Below are positions 47,321 to 56,498 of a stretch of 64,000 nucleotides of DNA, piece after piece. The position numbers and the translations under genes are program-made. The stretch covers positions 1 to 64,000 of the forward strand of contig JAZDNO010000031.1 in the NCBI GenBank assembly GCA_043799545.1, written 5' to 3'. Below the pieces are notes generated by a model, which saw only the letters and a list, made by a program, of their open reading frames with translations, was not told where the DNA came from and made no database searches. The stretch's first letter is position 1. Every line of letters starts with the position of its first letter. Source of the stretch: Methanobacteriota archaeon (lineage in GTDB: Archaea > Thermoplasmatota > Thermoplasmata > SG8-5 > DAIRED01).

Positions 47321-47506
47321 CCGCTTGATGGGGCGGCGGGATAAAAAGGTTTGCGGATGGCCTGGTTTTGCGCGCGCCTTCGGGAGGAGGGAGGCGCAAC
47401 TTTTATTAGCGCTGGAATCCATTAGCCACCAGCACGAAAATGCGGAATTCGGCGGCGCTTTTCAGAGGGCCGGCTAGTTTCGATTTCAGGCGCGCGCCAA
47501 GGAGGG

Positions 47507-48652
47507 ATGCATTTGAAAGTCAAGAGCGTCATTCACCTGGACCAGGTGAAGGGGATAAAGCCGGAGGAGCTGGAGGAGCTTAGGAAGGTGAGCGCCAAGT
47601 ACGCCTTCGCCTCGAACGAGTACTACCTCTCCCTGATAGATTGGAACGACCCGGACGATCCCATACGCAGGATTATAGTCCCTTGCAGGGAGGAGATGGA
47701 CGACTGGGGCTCCCTCGACCCGTCGAACGAGAGCAGGTACACCGTGATGCCAGGCGTGGAGCACAAGTATTACAGGACCGTTTTGGTGCTGGCCAGCAAC
47801 GCTTGCGCTGGGATATGCAGGTTCTGCTTTAGGAAGCGGATATTCCAGAGGGGGCACGCCGGCGTGGTCAAGGACGTGGACGCCGCATTGAAGTACATCA
47901 GGGACCACGAGGAGGTGACGAACGTCCTCCTGACGGGCGGCGACCCGCTGATGCTCGCCACGTCGCGAATCGAGAAGCTTGTGGCTAGCCTGAGGGCGAT
48001 AGACCACGTGCGCATTATCCGGATAGGCACGAAGATGGTGGCGTACAACCCGCACAGGATTCTGGACGACAAAGGGCTTCTCGAAATCTTCCGGAGGTAC
48101 AGCACCCCCGAGAAGAGGATTTACGTGATCACCCACTTCTCCCACGAGAGGGAGCTGACAGACGCGGCGGTGCGGGCCATCGACGAGATAAGGATGGCCG
48201 GGGGGATTCTCGCGAACCAGACGCCGTTGCTCATGGGGGTGAACAGCGACCCGAAGGTGCTGGCAAGACTGTTCCAGAAGCTGTCGTTCGTCGGGGACCC
48301 TCCTTACTACGTCTTCCAGTGCCGCCCGGCGATTGGCAACAGGACCTTTGCGGTTCCCATCGAGGAAGGATACCTGATATTCGAGAAGGCGAAGAGCATG
48401 GTCTCAGGTCTCGCCAAGCGTGCTCGGTTCGTCATGTCGCACGCTTCTGGAAAGATAGAGATTGTCGCCGTGACCAAGGAACACACGTATTTCAAATACC
48501 ACCGCGCGGCGAGCGACGAAGACTGCGGCAAGATTATGGTGTTCAAGAGGAATACGCAGGCGTACTGGTTCGATGACTACAAGGAGCCCGTGTTCGTGGA
48601 GAAGCTCTTCACCGGGCTTCACCAGAACGTTGGGGAGGACGAGTTGGTGTAG
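47507..48652 (+). CDS. KamA-family radical SAM/PLP aminomutase (substrate uncertain)
   Basis: CAGICRFC CX3CX2C motif, LLTGGDPL, RIIRIGT, NQTPLL.GVN, and the HASGK PLP-lysine region. Confidence 0.9.
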   Translation: MHLKVKSVIHLDQVKGIKPEELEELRKVSAKYAFASNEYYLSLIDWNDPDDPIRRIIVPCREEMDDWGSLDPSNESRYTVMPGVEHKYYRTVLVLASNACAGICRFCFRKRIFQRGHAGVVKDVDAALKYIRDHEEVTNVLLTGGDPLMLATSRIEKLVASLRAIDHVRIIRIGTKMVAYNPHRILDDKGLLEIFRRYSTPEKRIYVITHFSHERELTDAAVRAIDEIRMAGGILANQTPLLMGVNSDPKVLARLFQKLSFVGDPPYYVFQCRPAIGNRTFAVPIEEGYLIFEKAKSMVSGLAKRARFVMSHASGKIEIVAVTKEHTYFKYHRAASDEDCGKIMVFKRNTQAYWFDDYKEPVFVEKLFTGLHQNVGEDELV

Positions 48653-48775
48653 GCGGGCTCGACCTGGTCCCGCATAGCAACCCCCGCGCGATGCCATCAT
48701 GCTTATATGCCATGACGCCGTTATGGAATTGGTGGGCATGCAGGCCCGCCGTCCAGCAAAAGGCGGGGTGACAAA

Positions 48776-50047
48776 ATGGCCATCGGATTTTCGCACCTCT
48801 TCTCGGAGAGGGCGCGCGCGATGAAGGCGTCGGAGATAAGGGAGCTTTTGAAGGTCACCCAGAAGAAGGGCGTTATCTCCTTCGCCGGCGGGCTGCCGAA
48901 CCCCGCCGCGTTCCCAGTTGAGCAGATAAAGGAAATATCAGAACGGCTGCTGGCCGAGCGCCCGGAGGAGATCCTCCAGTACGGAACGACCGAGGGCGTC
49001 ACGGAGCTGCGCCGCGCAATCGCCGAGCGCATGGTGAGGAAGGGGATAGAGTGCACGGAGAAGAACGTCCTCATCACCCAGGGCTCGCAGCAGGGGCTGG
49101 ACCTCATCAGCAAGGTCTTCCTGGACCCGCGGAACCTCGTCATCACCGGCTTCCCCACGTACCTCGGGGCCGCCAACTCGTTCGCGGCATACCAGGCTCA
49201 GATGGAGGGGATACCGCTCGACGACGACGGCATGCCCCCGGACCTCCTGGAGGAGAAGCTCTGGCGGATGCACCGACACGGGCGGAACTCGAAGATGCTC
49301 TACCTGGTGCCGACGTTCCAGAACCCCTCGGGGGTGACGATGACCGAGAGCAGGCGCAGGAAGATGCTGGAAATCGCCGCGCAGCACGACCTCCTGGTCA
49401 TCGAGGACGACCCGTACAGCGACATCCGTTTCGAGGGGGACGAGGTGAAGCCGATGAAGTCGTTCGACAAGGACGGCAGGGTGATTTACCTCGGCACGTT
49501 CTCGAAGATACTAGCCCCAGGTTTGCGCGTAGCCTGGGCGATAGGCCCGGAGGAGATGCTCGCGAAGATGATAATCGCGAAGCAGTCCACGGACCTTTGC
49601 TCCAACACCTTCGGCCAGTGGATAGCGCACGAGTACCTGGCGAGCGGGCAGGTCGAGCCCCACGTCGCGAAGATATGCCAGCTGTACAAGCGCAAGCGCG
49701 ACATAATGCTCGGGGCGATGAAGGAGCACTTCCCCGAGGGCGCGGCCTGGACGAGGCCGCAGGGCGGCATGTTCACGTGGGCCACGCTCCCGGCGCACAT
49801 AGACACGCGGGAGATGTTCCAGCAGGCGCTGGGCAAGAACGTCGCGTACGTCATCGGCTCTGCCTTCTTCCCGGACCACTCGGGCCGCAACACGATGAGG
49901 CTCAACTTCACCTACCCGACGGACGAGGATTTGGTAGAGGGCGTGAAGCGCCTGGCGGGCGTCATTAGGGAGGAGATGTCGGTCACCAGCACCCAGGCCA
50001 AGAAGCACGTCCAGGAGAAGATGAACGGGATGCTCGCTGGGGTCTAG
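48776..50047 (+). CDS. PLP-dependent aminotransferase class I/II (LysN/MocR-like)
   Basis: ISFAGGLP, QYGTTEG, TFQNPSG, IEDDPY and TFSKILAPGLR motifs. Confidence 0.95.
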   Translation: MAIGFSHLFSERARAMKASEIRELLKVTQKKGVISFAGGLPNPAAFPVEQIKEISERLLAERPEEILQYGTTEGVTELRRAIAERMVRKGIECTEKNVLITQGSQQGLDLISKVFLDPRNLVITGFPTYLGAANSFAAYQAQMEGIPLDDDGMPPDLLEEKLWRMHRHGRNSKMLYLVPTFQNPSGVTMTESRRRKMLEIAAQHDLLVIEDDPYSDIRFEGDEVKPMKSFDKDGRVIYLGTFSKILAPGLRVAWAIGPEEMLAKMIIAKQSTDLCSNTFGQWIAHEYLASGQVEPHVAKICQLYKRKRDIMLGAMKEHFPEGAAWTRPQGGMFTWATLPAHIDTREMFQQALGKNVAYVIGSAFFPDHSGRNTMRLNFTYPTDEDLVEGVKRLAGVIREEMSVTSTQAKKHVQEKMNGMLAGV

Positions 50048-50082
50048 ATTCCCGGCGGTCTCTACTGCCTTCCCATTGCGGA

Positions 50083-50111
50083 AATCCCAGGTCCCGGGGA
50101 GCCTTGGGATT
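50083..50111. terminator. Hairpin between convergent genes
   Basis: aatcccagg...ccttgggatt stem with an inner tccc/ggga pair. Confidence 0.45.
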
Positions 50112-50209
50112 AGCGACTCCTTAACGTTTATCGTTCGGTAATCTTTTTTCGTGACGGCTTCTTTATTCTAACTCCTCATGCGTGTGACAAGAGATTAATC
50201 ATCTGTGTG

Positions 50210-50356
50210 TCATGGTTGTTCAGTTTTGCTCTTCTTCTTCTCTGGTGGCGGCGGTGGAACACCGCCAGGTACTGCCACCATAACTTTTTCGAATATTTTC
50301 TCGGTTCCTTCTAGATGATCCAGCCTAGGTTGCTCTTTTTTCCTTTTTTCATCCAT
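50210..50356 (-). CDS. Putative 48-aa Pro/Lys-rich peptide
   Basis: MDEKRKKEQPRLDHLEGTEKIFEKVMVAVPGGVPPPPPEKKKSKTEQP; ATG 1 nt after the upstream stop, with GGAGGG in RBS position. Confidence 0.55.
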   Translation of the reverse strand: MDEKRKKEQPRLDHLEGTEKIFEKVMVAVPGGVPPPPPEKKKSKTEQP

Positions 50357-50357
50357 A

Positions 50358-50915
50358 TTATCCCTCCGGTATTATTCCTAAATCCCTGAACACTTGTTGC
50401 TTTATTTCCAATTTTTCCTTAATAGGGAGCTTAATATTATATTTAATGTCGCTGTTCTTATCTAATTGTTCTACACGATCGCGTATCTTTTTATACTCTT
50501 TCGAGAGTTTATCTTCGGGCATATCCGAATGGTCCTCCCATAATCTATTGTAATCGACGCATATATTATTGATTCTTTCCAGGTTTTTTGTAACGTACTT
50601 ACTCGAATCCGGTAGTTTTATCAGTGGTATTATAATGGTTCCGACGCATGTGATGAGCGAGAAAACTTTCATAGCCCATTGTGTGTTGTCTAGCAACATC
50701 CAACTTCCGACAGTGGTCGAAGAGGTAAATGCAACGAAGAACTTTGAAAGTGTATCCCACCTATCGTACTTATCTCCGATTCGCTGATAGTACGCTACAT
50801 TGAAGTTTGCCGTTACCATGGCCTTCCATAATTTATCACGGGTTTCGGTCATAACAACACTCACCATGTTCACGATGCTTAAACATGTATAATAATGTAT
50901 CACAAATCTTCTCAT
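50358..50915 (-). CDS. SLATT-like two-TM protein
   Basis: Helix - two short TM hairpin - helical tail layout (YYQRIGDKYDRWDTLSKFFVAFTSS...W); AT-rich; true start may be ATG 50870 or 50852. Confidence 0.6.
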   Translation of the reverse strand: MRRFVIHYYTCLSIVNMVSVVMTETRDKLWKAMVTANFNVAYYQRIGDKYDRWDTLSKFFVAFTSSTTVGSWMLLDNTQWAMKVFSLITCVGTIIIPLIKLPDSSKYVTKNLERINNICVDYNRLWEDHSDMPEDKLSKEYKKIRDRVEQLDKNSDIKYNIKLPIKEKLEIKQQVFRDLGIIPEG

Positions 50916-51079
50916 ATCGATATTTTTTATTATTGTTTAGTCTAACAGTCCGAAATCCTCCTTGAGCTTGTCGAACTTGTGATCATTCGATGGAACAATC
51001 GCCCTCTGGACTATCGATCTCATTCGTCAGCGATTCCCGCGTCCTGCATCTTGTTCTATCTATTACTCTTTTTAATTTA

Positions 51080-52081
51080 TTATAATTTTTGTCTCTGATG
51101 TTGCGTTCCACATCTGGGGCAGATAGAATCGCTGTTTAACGGTGTTCCACAATTCCAGCAAGTGCCATAGTTCTGCGGCGTTTTCGTGTGCGACATGGAT
51201 ATTGCGGCCACAACAATTACAATAATTACAATTATAATGACAAGTATTAATCCAAATAAGAGTGGAGTGTATGTGGTGGATGTAGAGCTAGAGTCATCGA
51301 AACCATCATTACTATCTTCATTAGTGTTGTCGATTGGTGTAGTATCATCGATAGGAGCGATGTAATCGTGTCTGGTTGGATCGTATGGGTAGTAATCTGA
51401 GTTATCACCTACACCATCATTATCGGAATCCCTTGTTTCGCTCGCATCAGTTGGGAATGCGTCAGCATTGTCCCCCACACCATCGTTATCTGTGTCCTTT
51501 GATTCGGTAGAATCAAGCGGGAACTCGTCAGCGTTATCGCCTACACCATCGTTATCTGAATCTGTTGTTTCAAGAGGATTGTCTGGGAATGCGTCGTCCG
51601 TGTCTGCCACACCATCGTCGTCTCTATCCCTTCCAGCAATATCTATGATATTGTCAACGGTTGTTACACTCGTAGGTTGCCAACCGAGTAGCCAATTATT
51701 AGTTTCATATGTTATTTTGGCATGGTAGTAATGGACACCTAATGTAGTCGAAACTGGAACGCTGAAATGTATAGTGACACTCATTGAATCATCTGTTGCA
51801 AGATACTTCGGGTCCGGAGTGAACACGCCCTCATAATAATATCCTGCAGCATACCAGTCGAACCAAATACCAATATAGGTTATTCTTATCTGCTCATTTG
51901 CACCGTTCTTAAAAGAGATAGAAATGTCCTTGGTCTCATCTTGACGCACTGGAGTATCAAAGAAGACAAATTTTATTTCCTCTATTGTTGCAGCGCTACA
52001 AATCGGTGCAAGTGCACTCACTATTAGTAAAGCCACAAAAATCAATCCTACGATTTTATTCCGTCTCTTGAAGCGGCTCAT
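51080..52081 (-). CDS. Surface protein with thrombospondin type-3-like Ca-binding repeats, TM and cytoplasmic zinc ribbon
   Basis: Signal peptide; four D.D.DGVGDN.D.FP repeats; TM; CWNC..CPRC; start ATG 52081. Confidence 0.82.
   Translation of the reverse strand: MSRFKRRNKIVGLIFVALLIVSALAPICSAATIEEIKFVFFDTPVRQDETKDISISFKNGANEQIRITYIGIWFDWYAAGYYYEGVFTPDPKYLATDDSMSVTIHFSVPVSTTLGVHYYHAKITYETNNWLLGWQPTSVTTVDNIIDIAGRDRDDDGVADTDDAFPDNPLETTDSDNDGVGDNADEFPLDSTESKDTDNDGVGDNADAFPTDASETRDSDNDGVGDNSDYYPYDPTRHDYIAPIDDTTPIDNTNEDSNDGFDDSSSTSTTYTPLLFGLILVIIIVIIVIVVAAISMSHTKTPQNYGTCWNCGTPLNSDSICPRCGTQHQRQKL
51410..51625 (-). repeat. Coding tandem repeat with ~63-nt period (21-aa TSP3-like units)
   Basis: Recurrent acaccatcgttatc / caccatcattatc blocks about 63 nt apart. 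Confidence 0.8.
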
Positions 52082-52248
52082 CCGATTCCCTCGAGGCACC
52101 CATCATCGACGCTATATAAGCCACTTTCGGATGGGTTCAATGAGCGTTGGGATTCGTTGTGAAATAACTATTTGAATGCTGGTGGTTGCTCCTCCGAATA
52201 ACCATGTGAGCCGATTCGCACAGCCGGGGAAAATCTCTGGATTCCTAA

Positions 52249-52950
52249 TCAGTATATCGTCGCCCCTGCCAGCACGTCTATTCCGTTCTTTCCCATCGAG
52301 TACGGCTTCACCTTGCGCGAGTGCGCCGTCCGCCGCATCTTCATGACCCTTATCGCCAGCATGACCTCGTTCTTCTCCTTCAGGTCGACGTAGGACAGCA
52401 CTATGACGCCGTCGGCGACGTACTCTACCAGCCCGTCGCGCGAAACCGTCGGCTGCTCCGGCCTCGCTTCGGCAGTGAATATCGCGGTCGCGCCGGCCTT
52501 CTTGATTATCTGGCAGAGCGAGAAGAGCTGCGCCCTGCACTCGCTCTCCGTCTCGAAGAGCATGTTGAGCAGCGATATCGAATCCAGGACGAGTCGCTTG
52601 GCCCCGCGGCGCAGTATCTCCGCCGGCAGCTCGTTCTTCATGCGCGCGAGCGCGGCCTTCGCGTCCGAGGGGTCGAGCTTGAAAACCGCCAGCGCCCCGC
52701 TCTGGATGTGCGGCGCGATGTCCCAGCCGTAGGCGAGCGCGTTCTTGGCTATGGCCTCCTGGTCCTCCTCCAGGCTGATGTAAATCCCCGGCTCCCCGGC
52801 CTTGACTCCGGCCATGAGGTACTGGAGGCTGAGGGTCGTCTTGCCCGTACCGCAGGACCCTATGAGGGCGACTATGTGGCCGCGCGGGACGCCCCCGTTG
52901 AGCATTTCGTCCAGCCCCTGAACTCCCGTGCTGACTTTGTCTTCCGGCAT
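52249..52950 (-). CDS. KaiC/RAD55-family ATPase
   Basis: STGVQGLDEML.GG, GSCGTGKTT, YISLEE, LVLDSI and MKMRRT motifs; start ATG 52950. Confidence 0.93.
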   Translation of the reverse strand: MPEDKVSTGVQGLDEMLNGGVPRGHIVALIGSCGTGKTTLSLQYLMAGVKAGEPGIYISLEEDQEAIAKNALAYGWDIAPHIQSGALAVFKLDPSDAKAALARMKNELPAEILRRGAKRLVLDSISLLNMLFETESECRAQLFSLCQIIKKAGATAIFTAEARPEQPTVSRDGLVEYVADGVIVLSYVDLKEKNEVMLAIRVMKMRRTAHSRKVKPYSMGKNGIDVLAGATIY

Positions 52951-52958
52951 TTTTCCAC

Positions 52959-53807
52959 CTACATTATCTTGTCCATGTTTATCACGACGAGGCCGCCCTT
53001 GGCGCTGACCATCGTAGGGAACCTGGCAATCCTGTCCCGCTCCACGTGCGGCAGGACGGTCATGAACTTCTCTATGTACATGTAACGCTGGCGGCCCGAG
53101 CCCTTCGTGTACCTCTGCCACTCGAAGACTATGACTCCGTCCACCGAGTCAACAATCATCTGCTGCTCCTTGGGGTCCAGGATGTCCTTCGTTAGAAGCA
53201 GGTAGACTATGCCGCCCCACCTCTTGGCCGCGCGCTGCATCCCCCTGAGCACCGTGATGAGGTCGCGCGTGTCGACGGTCTTTGATATGACCAGATCCGT
53301 CAGGGAGTCTATGACGACGAGGGCGTTTCGGGCGTTCTCGTCCAGGAACTTCACTAGGGCGTTGAGGACGTCCTCCTTTTCTGGGGATTCGAAGAGGGAG
53401 CCCCCGTTGTCTCCGGTGTTCGTCCATGAAGCTGGCACGATGCTCTGGCGGAAGTAGTTGGCGGAGAAATCCTTGAAGACCAGCTTGTCCTTCAGCCCCT
53501 CGTAGTAGGTGTAGTCGAACGACGTGGCCACCTCGCGCAGGATGTCCTCCTTCGGGCGGACGAATGTGATGTAGCACAGCTTCTCCGGAAGCGATGCGTA
53601 ATCGCAGTAGCTGCCGAGGTAGTGGTGCATGTACTCCGGCCTGCCCTGCACAGTCGCAATCTTGAAAAGCGAGGTGTATACGAACTCGTTCTGGCCTGCG
53701 CCGACGTCCCCAAGGAGAAGCACGACGCTGCCCCCTGGCAGGCCGCCCTTGATTATCGAGTCGAAGTCCGACACTCCAGTCGGCACTCGTTTGACATCGT
53801 CGCCCAT
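52959..53807 (-). CDS. KaiC/RAD55-family protein with degenerate Walker A
   Basis: PTGVSDFDSIIKGG, GDVGAGQNEF (no GKT), VVIDSLTDL. Confidence 0.88.
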   Translation of the reverse strand: MGDDVKRVPTGVSDFDSIIKGGLPGGSVVLLLGDVGAGQNEFVYTSLFKIATVQGRPEYMHHYLGSYCDYASLPEKLCYITFVRPKEDILREVATSFDYTYYEGLKDKLVFKDFSANYFRQSIVPASWTNTGDNGGSLFESPEKEDVLNALVKFLDENARNALVVIDSLTDLVISKTVDTRDLITVLRGMQRAAKRWGGIVYLLLTKDILDPKEQQMIVDSVDGVIVFEWQRYTKGSGRQRYMYIEKFMTVLPHVERDRIARFPTMVSAKGGLVVINMDKIM

Positions 53808-53925
53808 CCGTTCACCTATGCATGGACATATCGGTTCTCACCGATATATAACTTTCTTCCGGGGCAAATGGTCCCGCGAAGGCAACCCCGAAAAGCCTTA
53901 AATCCGCCAAGCCTATCGGTGCCTC

Positions 53926-54252
53926 ATGCCCGATAACGATTTCTCCATCTGCATGATGAACACGCCAAGGGGAGTAATTATTGACTTCGAGATCACCGCT
54001 GGCTCGCCAGTCTCGTCCGTCTTCGGCGTCAACAAGTGGCGCGAGCGCATCAAAACTTCGATTGCAGCGAAGGCGAAGGACGGCGCGGCGAACCGGGAGA
54101 TGCTGAGGTTCTTGGCAGGCGTCTTCGGCGTCCCTTCATCCTCAATCCAGCTTGTCTCCGGGGAGAAATCGTCCCAGAAGAGGGTGGAAGTCGCGGGCAT
54201 GAACGTCGATGTGGCGGTGAAGAAGCTGGAGGCCGCCCTTGGACGATGCTGA
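53926..54252 (+). CDS. DUF167/YggU family protein
   Basis: AKDGAANREMLRFLA and LVSGEKSSQKRV motifs. Confidence 0.9.
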   Translation: MPDNDFSICMMNTPRGVIIDFEITAGSPVSSVFGVNKWRERIKTSIAAKAKDGAANREMLRFLAGVFGVPSSSIQLVSGEKSSQKRVEVAGMNVDVAVKKLEAALGRC

Positions 54253-54697
54253 GCGCCTGGAACTCCTCGATAAACTCATCGAGGAACTGAAGGAGGCTTC
54301 TCTCTCGATGCCGATAATCGTCGAGGGGAAGCGCGACACGAAGGCGTTGAGGGCGCTGGGAGTCGAGGGAGAAATAATCGGGCTCAACCAGGGAATGGGG
54401 ATTGTCGCGTTCTGCGAGGGCGTGGCCCGCGCCCATGGAAAGGTCATCCTCCTCACCGACTGGGACGCGAAGGGGGGGAAGCTCCACCGCGCTTTGGCCG
54501 ACTGCTTCAAATCACTGGGGGTCAAGACCGACGGCGAGCTCCGGCGCGGGCTGGCGCGCCTGGCGAAGAAGGGCGCAAAGGACGTCGAGGGCGTCCCGGG
54601 GTTCATCCTATGGCTCGTGAAGCAGGACGGGGCGGGGCTGAAGACGACCATCGACTACGCGAAGCGGGTGAGGGCGCGCAGGGAAAAGGATATCTAG
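54239..54697 (+). CDS. Stand-alone Toprim domain protein
   Basis: IIVEGKRD and ILLTDWDAKG motifs. Confidence 0.92.
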   Translation: MDDAERLELLDKLIEELKEASLSMPIIVEGKRDTKALRALGVEGEIIGLNQGMGIVAFCEGVARAHGKVILLTDWDAKGGKLHRALADCFKSLGVKTDGELRRGLARLAKKGAKDVEGVPGFILWLVKQDGAGLKTTIDYAKRVRARREKDI

Positions 54698-54727
54698 CGC
54701 CATGCGGATTTGAGGCGGGTGACAGGA

Positions 54728-55210
54728 ATGGAACTCAAGCTAGTCGCAATCGAGAAGCCGGAGGACGCAAATTTCATACTCGGCCAGAGCCACTTCATCA
54801 AGACCGCCGAGGACGTCTACGAGGCGATGGTCAACTCTGTCCCGGGGGCGAAGTTCGGGGTTGCTTTCTGCGAAGCATCGGGCGACAGGCTCCTGCGCAT
54901 GGAGGGGAACGACCCGGAGATGCTGGAGTTGGCGAAGAGGAACGCTCTGGCAATCGGTGCGGGGCATTCGTTTATGGTGTTCATGCGCAACGCATATCCC
55001 GTCAATGTTCTCGGGGCAATCAAAAGCGTCCCCGAAGTGTGCAATATCTTCTGCGCGACAGCGAACGCCACCCAGGTCGTCGTAGCTGAAACGGAGCAGG
55101 GGCGCGGGATACTCGGAGTCATCGATGGCCACCCCCCCAAAGGCGTCGAGGACGACGCGGGGAAGAGGTGGAGGAAGGAGTTCCTGAGGAAGATAGGGTA
55201 CAAGCTGTAG
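54728..55210 (+). CDS. Adenosine-specific kinase family protein
   Basis: NFILGQSHFIKTAED, FCEASG, IFCATAN and GRGILGVIDG motifs. Confidence 0.92.
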   Translation: MELKLVAIEKPEDANFILGQSHFIKTAEDVYEAMVNSVPGAKFGVAFCEASGDRLLRMEGNDPEMLELAKRNALAIGAGHSFMVFMRNAYPVNVLGAIKSVPEVCNIFCATANATQVVVAETEQGRGILGVIDGHPPKGVEDDAGKRWRKEFLRKIGYKL

Positions 55211-55213
55211 AAC

Positions 55214-55259
55214 ATTTGGACCCAATTTGGGCACGATTCCGGCAAACGGATATTTAGCC
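55214..55259 (+). promoter_or_regulatory. Tandem TTTGG repeat + BRE/TATA-like block, copy 1
   Basis: atttggacccaatttgggcacgattccggcaaacggatatttagcc; same spacing as 56944-56989. Confidence 0.7.
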
Positions 55260-55313
55260 TAGCCTCCATAGTTCGCCCGGCGAGGAAAAACGCCGACATG
55301 GAGGCAAACAAAC

Positions 55314-56021
55314 ATGGAAAAGAAAAAGACAATCGGAGCCGTACTGGCGCTCGCACTGCTGTTCTCATCTATCGGAATGATTGCGGCAGCGCAGGCAGCC
55401 ACCGACGATGGCGCTGGCGATACTGGCGCTGTCGAAGTTACGGCGGGCGAGCAAGGGAACGAAACGACGGAGTTGCGCGTCCTCATAACCATGGAGCAGA
55501 GGGCGGCGATGTCCGCAGTCGTCGACGAGATGCGCGCGGCGAACGTGACCCACGACGACATCATGGCCGAGATAGACGCGATGACGAGGGACTACATGGC
55601 GCAGAACCTCGAATCGTACGGGGTGGCTGAAGCGGACTCGGCCAAGATACTAGACGCAATCGACGATATCGATGCCATGGAGCAGGAGATTCGCGACACG
55701 GCAGAGGAGCTCCGTGAGCTTGGCCTGAACAGGCGCGAGATTCGCAACCAGACGCAGCCCATGCTCGATGAGATGCGCACGATGCGCACCGGGCTGGCAG
55801 ACCTGCTTGCGCAGTACGACATACTCCCGCCGATGTGTGGCCCGGCGGGGCCCGGGATGATGCCACGCCAGGGATTCGGGCAGAACGGCACGGGGTGCAT
55901 GGGGCCGCAGGGACGAGAGGGAAATGGGCCGCAAGGCATGGGTGGAATGGGTGGCATGAGGCCGGGCAGGCCGATTCCTCCGAACGGGAACTGCACCGGA
56001 AGACAAGGTTTCGAACCTTGA
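55314..56021 (+). CDS. Secreted helical protein with Gly/Pro/Met-rich tail
   Basis: Signal peptide ending AQA, amphipathic helices, GPGMMP...GMGGMGGM tail. Confidence 0.75.
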   Translation: MEKKKTIGAVLALALLFSSIGMIAAAQAATDDGAGDTGAVEVTAGEQGNETTELRVLITMEQRAAMSAVVDEMRAANVTHDDIMAEIDAMTRDYMAQNLESYGVAEADSAKILDAIDDIDAMEQEIRDTAEELRELGLNRREIRNQTQPMLDEMRTMRTGLADLLAQYDILPPMCGPAGPGMMPRQGFGQNGTGCMGPQGREGNGPQGMGGMGGMRPGRPIPPNGNCTGRQGFEP

Positions 56022-56050
56022 ACCTGGACTGAACCCGCGTAAATCATTTA

Positions 56051-56089
56051 GCGGGACGGAGGCAATTGCCCATAGCGCCTCCGTCCTGC
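56051..56089. terminator. 13-bp intergenic hairpin
   Basis: gcgggacggaggc-N13-gcctccgtcctgc. Confidence 0.55.
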
Positions 56090-56171
56090 GTCATTATTGC
56101 ATGCCACACGCACGTTGGCACTAGAAACGGCAAGGCATGATTTATATGTCGAACGGGGCATACGTGATTGG

Positions 56172-56498
56172 ATGCAGGCTGTCAGGCAGCTGATATGGTG
56201 GCTCATCGCGGGGAGCGAGGGCGGAGTGAACAGGGGGCGCATAATCGAGACGCTGAAGAAGAACCCCTCCAACGCGAACCAGCTTTCGGAATCATTGAAG
56301 CTCGACTACAAGACAATCCGACATCATCTGGACGTTCTGACCAAGAACAATCTCGTGACGACGATAGGCGGAAGCTACGGCAAGATGTTTTTCCTGTCCC
56401 CGATGCTCGACCAAGACTACGGCGTTTTCGAGGAGATTTGGGCCAGAATTGGGAAAAACGAGGTAAAAGGCGGGAAGCATGAGGATGTGAGCAAATGA
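56172..56498 (+). CDS. Winged-helix (ArsR-like) transcriptional regulator
   Basis: LIAGSEGGVNRGRII, NANQLS..LDYKTIRHHLDVL and YGKMFFLS motifs; start ATG 56172. Confidence 0.9.
   Translation: MQAVRQLIWWLIAGSEGGVNRGRIIETLKKNPSNANQLSESLKLDYKTIRHHLDVLTKNNLVTTIGGSYGKMFFLSPMLDQDYGVFEEIWARIGKNEVKGGKHEDVSK

Noticed and set aside
47321-47506. Possible lysine or other riboswitch upstream of the KamA-family gene
   Set aside because: Only short GC stems and a promoter-like AT box; no aptamer consensus recognised.
50937-51049. Fragments DAGIA and SNDHKFDKL resembling a PIN-domain C-terminus
   Set aside because: They lie in different frames separated by stops and are too short to distinguish from chance.
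51410-51625. Regularly spaced repeats as a CRISPR array
   Set aside because: In-frame coding repeats with similar, not unique, spacers; no cas genes.
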